NCBI GenBank assembly: GCA_900617105.1
Contig: UYFQ01000562.1
Coordinates: 1 to 64,000, forward strand
Length of the DNA stretch: 64,000 nt
From: Hydrurus foetidus
Lineage: Eukaryota
Direction of reading: 5' to 3'
The position numbers and the translations under genes are program-made. Positions 57,570 to 64,000 of the stretch are shown here, one piece after another; the stretch's first letter is position 1, and each line of letters begins with the position of its first letter. The notes under the pieces were generated by a model. That model was not told the DNA's origin. It made no database searches and worked only from the letters and a program-made list of their open reading frames with translations.

Positions 57570-60500
57570 TTAGATCGCAAGGGGATTCATACATTTGCTG
57601 TGATCGGTCTCCTTGTACACCGATGTCTCGGAGAAGGAAAGTGGACCTTTCCGAATACTAGGTCGAGGGCGATTCTCGATATTCGTGGATATAATAGGAA
57701 TGGGCGGAGGAGAGAATGTTCTTTGTTCTCCGTTACTGCGGGAAGCGCTGTTCAAGATGCGGGAACACACGGTGTTCGCGATGATGAGCAGCATGGTTAC
57801 TGCGCACACGCCGGCCAGCACGGCTGTGGCAACGATTATGCTGATGCTAGTGCCTGGTATCAGACAAAAACAGACATTGAGATGGATTGACATGGCTGTG
57901 CAGCTTCACATCATACATATCATACGACGCCACGACACTCAATGTGAGAGAGACATGGCACAGACGAGTTTTATCCAGATAAATATAATCAATTCACCTC
58001 ACTTCCTTCCTTACCTTTTCTAGCACGAGATTTTGATGATGAAGCAATTTCAGCCGGAGTTACATCTCGCGCGGTAAGTTGAGATACCTTAGTTACGGCC
58101 AAACCTGTCTGCAGTTTAAATGCCGCTAGGAACAGCCCGGAGCCCACAGATATTACCAATTTATCGATTACAGCTTGCGGCTGAAAACCGCTGAAAGTGA
58201 AGAATCTGAATTTCAAACTAGAAGTTACTGCTTCAACCTCTTCGTCAGTGATTTCGAAGGATGTGACCACTGCTGGCAAGTTGATAGCTGTCGATATGCT
58301 GTTGGAAAGATAGTCAGAGAAGGTGTCCTGAACTACCCCGCTGAGAAATGCGCCAGTGAAAATCTACGGCATTCAATCGTTGTCCAGTAGTCAGTATGAG
58401 GTAAAAAGGGGTGAAGGGATATAGTGTGAAGAGAGATGGCCTAATTTGTATTTGGATTCAATGTAGAGATCGTGCGAAAGATGAAAGAAATTCAGCTGCA
58501 ACGAAGGGAAAACAGAAGCAAACGTTCCTCGAGAGAAGACATCAATTCCAACAATAAAGAATGTTGATTCGGACAAATAGGAAAGTGGACGGGTAGGTGA
58601 TGCGATGAGATGCGATACTGAGGATCAGAAACATGTAACGACAAATATTAAAAATTTCTACTCAGATTCTGCGGTAACAAAATGTTACCGCTATGAATAT
58701 GGCAAATAATTCAAGAGAAAATAGGAACCGCTACTGAAAGTTGTTTCATTCTAATAGGAAAGCATTTTGAGAACAAGAGCACAGCAGTGTAATGCACTGT
58801 TAGCTATTATGCAGTGTACCTGAGAGACTTCAATGACAGAGTAGATAGCAGCGCTGGGTGCGAAGGTAGATATCGTAGAGGGCGCTTTGTCTTCCTCCCT
58901 CAGAGGCACATATGTCGGCCAGTGTAGTGCGGTGCTGGCACCACCTATTGTCAAGAACAGAGCTACTAGCTTCTGATAGTCCGCAGATCCCAGACCTGAT
59001 GCAGGGTCCCACCCTGGGGTCGCTGAGAAGCCCTGGGGACAACACACACCATTGGCAGCACAGTGGTTGTCTCCCAATGTGATGTCATTCGTGAATCTGG
59101 TGTGGTTCATGTATAGCAGGGGATTGATCCACCCTACGGACCCCAGACCCTTCTCAGACCGGGCCGCATTGATGTTGGATATCATGCCGGCAAACACAGG
59201 AGCTGCAGCTGACGTGCCGGATAGAATGTATATGACTCCACCCAACACTACAGCGTGCTTGCAACCAGCAATGGACACATCGGGGTAGCCTCTTCCGTTC
59301 TCATGGAATCCTGATAAAGGAGATTGCGAGGCTGCAGCTGTGGCTGCGAAATATCCGGATATCGCAGTGTTCTGCCACATGGGCCGTGAGTAGTAAGAAG
59401 AGAACCCCCCTCCAGACGTGAAGGACTGACCCTTGTTGGACTGAGCGACACGCTCTGTAGTGCCTGTTTCTACACCCTAAGTGCATGTAAAGAGATGGCG
59501 ATGTCGAGTTATCCACTACGAAGTAAGGGAATACCGGTCAAAGCAGAAATCGAAATGTCGCTGCCTAGATGACGCATATACACTACACCCTTACCGATGA
59601 TGCCCCGACTGAGACGACATACGGACTCGATGCTGGAAACATGGCAACATAGCCGCACTTAGAGTAGCCGAAGTCTCTGACACTGTCACTGACGGCTCCA
59701 TCATCCCCTGATGCTGCAACAAGAGTTACCCCCATCACACCCAACTTGATGGCCTCCGTGTCGAATGCTATGAGCTCAGATTGTGTCATGCTATCTTCAT
59801 GAGCTGCGTAGCTGATGCTCAGCACTAGTGGGGGAGAAGGCGCTGCTGCCACATCCATCAGCCATTCGGAGAAGCTCTGATCGCTATACCAGAATGTCAT
59901 CGGTGATCCTGGTGACGTGGCCATCATGTACTGTACATCAAGATTGCCTTCGGCACAATTCAAGGGATTCTCGACACACCTTGTGTCGCTTGAGTAGTTA
60001 CCAATGTTTCTGGTCACCTCTTGAATGGGTAGCCCAAAAGCTGTCTGAAAAATTTTCAAATCCTGCGGACTGAAGTATTGACCGAGTGCCGAGTAGACAC
60101 CTTGCGTGGATTTTGAATTCCCCTTGCTAGCACCGACATTGTAATATGAGTTAATTTTTGCTGGGGTTGTAAATCCCTTAAAAGGGTCGAACTGGTCGCT
60201 AGCTTCTGCTTTTACATTCTTAACAATTTCGGGTGCGCGAAATTTACTAGTTAAGTGATATGGCACTTGCACAGTATTGAGAACACTTTCTAAATGACGG
60301 TCTAGCTCAAGTGGGACTGAATAGTTGTGGGCCCTGACTAGCTCGTTGAAGTTACCGTCTTTCTGCGTTTGAGTAAATCTGAAGAACTTTGTGTTGAAGA
60401 TATTTTCCCACAGAGATATTGGGGCGGTGGCTTTCACGTAATCCCCGAAAGCTGCCTTATGAGAAACGATAGCGCCTTTACTTATTAGATACGAGGTAAC

Positions 60501-60854
60501 GGCATCACAAGAATCTGGATTTGTCGTAATCTGATGGACTTTCTCTTTTGTGAGATATTGCCCGTAGTTTGAGCTGAGTGGATTTGACACATCGTGGAGT
60601 ATTTTAGTTAACTCATCGATGCTTCTTTGTCGTATAACGAAGATGACCTCATGACTCTCATCCTGTTGAATAGCGCTACGCTGCACGAGATCATTCCGGG
60701 ATGATAGTAGTGGGATACACTCTTTGAAAACGTGCGTTATGACTATGACTGTATGTTGCTGTCCCAAGAGAATAGATCTCAGATTCTGTTCGCTTAAACT
60801 TGTCGAAGTGAGACTGGAAAGAAGGAGGAAGACCATAGAAAGAGCTGACATCAT
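57570..60854 (-). CDS. Sedolisin/tripeptidyl-peptidase I family (S53) protease with prodomain and C-terminal transmembrane anchor; 4 exons
   Basis: Signal peptide and activation prodomain (VSNPLSSNYGQYLT). Catalytic motifs EGNLD, SGDDG and GTSAAAP, plus FPASSPYVVSVG, GRGYPDVS, GWINPLLY and GWDPASGLG. Approximate exons 59594-60854, 58820-59477, 58015-58363, 57570-57854. The last exon has ISIIVATAVLAGVCAVTMLLIIA. Confidence 0.92.
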
Positions 60855-61739
60855 TGATTGTAATTTTAGACAATGTCGTCGATACGGTTGGAAGGTTGTC
60901 TTGCTGGCGCTCGAGAATTGACCCTCAGTTTATATACCAGTCACAGCTAAACATCCACCCGCATTTCAGGCCAACATGGCGTGCGTTTGATGGGGATTTA
61001 TGCGAAAGACGAGAGACCCACTCTCACCTCTCTTCAATGGTGGAAATGGAGATCGCAATCGAAAATTGGCAGTAGTCGCTTTATGACACATAAAAATGTT
61101 GATGACAATAACTCAACTCCCTTCTCACTTTGTTGGAGTTTTGTTCTGTGGTGAACTGAATCTAGTAGGATGTAGGCCGTTCTGTTCTGTACCGTCCCCT
61201 GCCTATTGTTTTGTTTTCAAATGGTATTACGGATAAATTGCCCACTGTCAAAATCACTGAAAACCACCCAAAATCACCCTGAAATTGAATTTCCCCAAGA
61301 CAATTGAAAATGCTATCTCCATCAATGCTGCTTCTCATGACGACCTAATTAGAGATTCGAGTTCAGCATGATTTTCAAGGGTGGACTGCCGACTCAAAAT
61401 TCCTCTAGCGATTTCGTGGTTTGCAAAAATTTCAATCCCCGGTACTGAGATTGAGAAAATCATGATTTCAGATGACAAGTTCACTGTGAATCACTCCTCA
61501 GATGTTCATGACGCCATATAACTTATTGTCTGAAATGACAATATTACTCTACCGTCGTCGTTCAAATCAGAGCGGCATCATAGCAGCCAAAGAGCTTCCT
61601 AAAATATGCTCGAAAATGCATGTTTTCGGAAAACCGGAAAACAAAACAATAGGCAGGGGACGGTAGGGAGATAATATCGTAGTTAATGACACGGACACAA
61701 TCAGTGTACTCATGCATTCGTACGGTCGTACGGATTAAT

Positions 61740-61764
61740 TTGTGTGTGTGTGTGTGTGTGTGTG
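61740..61764. repeat. (TG)n microsatellite
   Basis: About 12 dinucleotide units. Confidence 0.9.
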
Positions 61765-61840
61765 CGTACATGCGTGACGACGATGAATGGACCCGTGCAT
61801 CGTCTCTGTACTTCAAGTGTAGTGTAGAAATGTCTTTTGT

Positions 61841-62005
61841 TGTTGCGTTGAAAGGGACTCGGGGACTTCAGCAGGGATGAAGCACAGTCAATTAACAAGT
61901 GTTTACTGCCATCACAGAGCTTATTTCACGAGTCCTGACTGAGCGATCTTCAACTTCAGTACAGCGAGAGGCGTACGTGTGAACCAAACCGAAGATCCGT
62001 CAACA
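61841..62005 (+). repeat. Putative short (~165-bp) 5' LTR of the Copia element
   Basis: TGTTG...CAACA terminal inverted repeats, ending 24 nt before the gag ATG. An alternative start is at 61838. The 3' LTR is outside the window. Confidence 0.7.
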
Positions 62006-64000
62006 TAATTGACTGCCACAGGCATTCCGATGCCTCCCAAACGCGCCGCAGAAGCTTTCAAAAGTACAGAGGAGTGTACGCTTCAATACGGCAAACACAA
62101 CAACATTATCAAATGGAGAGAACACATGCAGACGGTTGTAACCGAACTATACGGGATAGTTGGCATGTTCTTCACCACAAATGTGAGATACGAGCTCCCG
62201 AGAGTTTCTTACAGGGATTACCCTGCAGATTCATCGTCGGAAAACTCCAGTTCCGAAGAAGACGACGAGATAGTCGAGGGTCAACAGGAACAACCACCTG
62301 ACCCAGAGACCGTAGCGTACGCCGCTGCGAGGCCTGCTCGCACCGCCGCTAGACAGGCGAGGAACGAGAGGAGGCGGAAAGCGTCAGAACGCTCTAGAGC
62401 GAAATTCAAAGAAGATGATTACATACAGAGAAAGAGGGACATCAAAACGCCGAAAGAGAACGAACGTACAATGTACCCGATGATGTGGAAGCGCATGTCG
62501 CTACTATCACAGAGTAGGGTGCGGGAAGAGGAAGACTTCAAGACCGCATATGACACCCTGGATTGCGTCATGCTGTGGACACTCATAAGGAGGAATCACC
62601 TCACACACATGTACGGGGGTGATGAGACACTGCAGGAGTACAACCAACACGAACAAGAGAGTAAACACGGGTCAATGACGCAAGGTGAGAGAGAGCACGT
62701 TGTCACTTTCAAGAACAGATTCGATGAACAGGTGACTGCGAACGCTGCCGTCGGAATCGCCGCAGTGACAGAGTCAAAGCAAGCATTGGACTTCCTAGGG
62801 AAACTCGACACTCGAAGGTACAAGGTCATGCTAGACGACATGAAGCACAACGCCCTACGGCGCAAACCAGGGGCGTTCCCCACCACACTCGCCCTAGCCT
62901 TCCACATCGCTTCAGAGTGGAACGACCGAGTCCCTGCATCCACACCCACACCGGCGGGTGCGAACGCAGCGTACGTGACCGAGGGAGTCCACGTCACGGC
63001 GGCCAAGGACCCGGAGAAGAAAGCGGGGAAAGCCGGAGGTGGCAGCAAGAAATCCCTAGCAGACGTCGAGTGTTACAAATGCAAAACAATGGGACACTAC
63101 GCGAGGAACTGCCCGCAGAAGAAATCGTCGTCATCAGAAAAAGTCCACATCACGGTGGCAGAGTCAGACGAAGAATACGAAGGGGAGTCGAGCGAATGGG
63201 GTGTAGCTCTTGTTACTGCGGATGAAATATGCTGCTTCTCCAGATTCGACGTGCTGTTAGACAACGAGGCCTCGCTCAACATCTTCAATAACGCTGAACT
63301 ACTTACTGACCTAAGGAAGTCGGAGTCGACAATATGAGTGAGCGGGATCCAGCAAGGAGGAGGGGTGAGCGTAGATCGGGAAGGGGAGTTCGGGGAATTC
63401 GGCACGGTGTACTACAGTAGTTCGGCATCGGCAAACAGCCTGTCTTTCGCGTCGCAGGTCGACTCAGGGGCGTCGATCAGATATGATCACCTGAGCGACT
63501 GCTTCACTCTGAGACCAAAGAGCAGCACGAGGATCTATCGGTTCGGGAGAAAGCGAGTCGTAGGAAGCGAGGGGAGATTCTACTCGTGCGACTGGAGAGA
63601 TGTTGAGCACGACAAAGCGTTAGGAACTACGATGGTCGAAAATCTAAAAGCATTTACGAAACGAGAGATCGAGCAGGCGAGACAAGCTCGTGAGCTGCTC
63701 GCTAGGATGGGTTTCCCAATGGTGGAACAGGCGATGTCGATCGTGAACAGCGGAAGCAACTTTGACAATACGGCGAGAGATTCCCAGATCGCTGATGCGA
63801 TATGGGGCAAAGATCTAGCTTCTATAAAAGGGAAATCAGTGAAGAGAGCTACTGCTATCGCTGATATTACAGTCAGCACGAAACTAATGCAAAGGGATCA
63901 GGTGCTGTCGATCGACATTATGTTTATAGACAAACTAGCGATACTAGTTGGGGTATCTACACCACTGGGACTAACTATTGTATATAGTCTAAACACAGCA
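61841..64000 (+). mobile_element. Ty1/Copia LTR retrotransposon, diatom CoDi-like, 5' portion
   Basis: Gag starts at ATG 62030 and has CCHC (CYKCKTMGHYARNC) and the protease motif VLLDNEASLNIFNN. After an in-frame TGA (63335-63337) the frame continues ..ANSLSFA..FTKREIEQARQAREL..MGFP..ADAIWGKDLASIKGK..LSIDIMFI. This is the pre-integrase region and integrase start, following the protease (Copia order). Confidence 0.88.

Noticed and set aside
63335..63337. In-frame TGA as a programmed gag-pol readthrough site
   Set aside because: It lies inside the protease domain, downstream of the catalytic Asp, and lacks a known readthrough context. A point mutation such as CGA to TGA is simpler. It would be reconsidered if conserved in other copies.

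Overview
Eukaryotic nuclear DNA from an intron-rich genome with GT-AG spliceosomal introns. The source is probably a photosynthetic stramenopile (ochrophyte/chrysophyte-like) and possibly cold-adapted. This is inferred from a bipartite plastid-type leader, diatom-type Copia elements and a DUF3494 ice-binding protein. Contents from left to right: (1) a degenerate Ty3/Gypsy element inserted into the gag of an older Copia-like element; (2) an intronless, probably plastid-targeted methyltransferase; (3) a 10-exon GMP reductase whose 4.1-kb intron holds an intron-containing tRNA-Tyr, a truncated duplicate of it and a 112-bp tandem array; (4) a 5.5-kb Mutator/MULE-SWIM transposon with an apparently intact spliced transposase and a 180/181-bp satellite; (5) an 8-exon N-myristoyltransferase with substitutions in conserved motifs; (6) a DHX33-like DEAH helicase; (7) an intronless secreted double-DUF3494 ice-binding protein; (8) a coiled-coil orphan; (9) a very long Uso1/p115 tether gene; (10) an RGG-motif/UBL membrane protein; (11) a membrane-anchored sedolisin (S53); (12) the 5' part of a diatom-type Copia element. 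The most striking signal is in that last element. It has no tRNA-type PBS. Instead, the 10 nt right after the LTR are the perfect reverse complement of a 10-mer inside the LTR, which is a Tf1-like self-priming signature. All exon coordinates were read by eye and no database searches were run.
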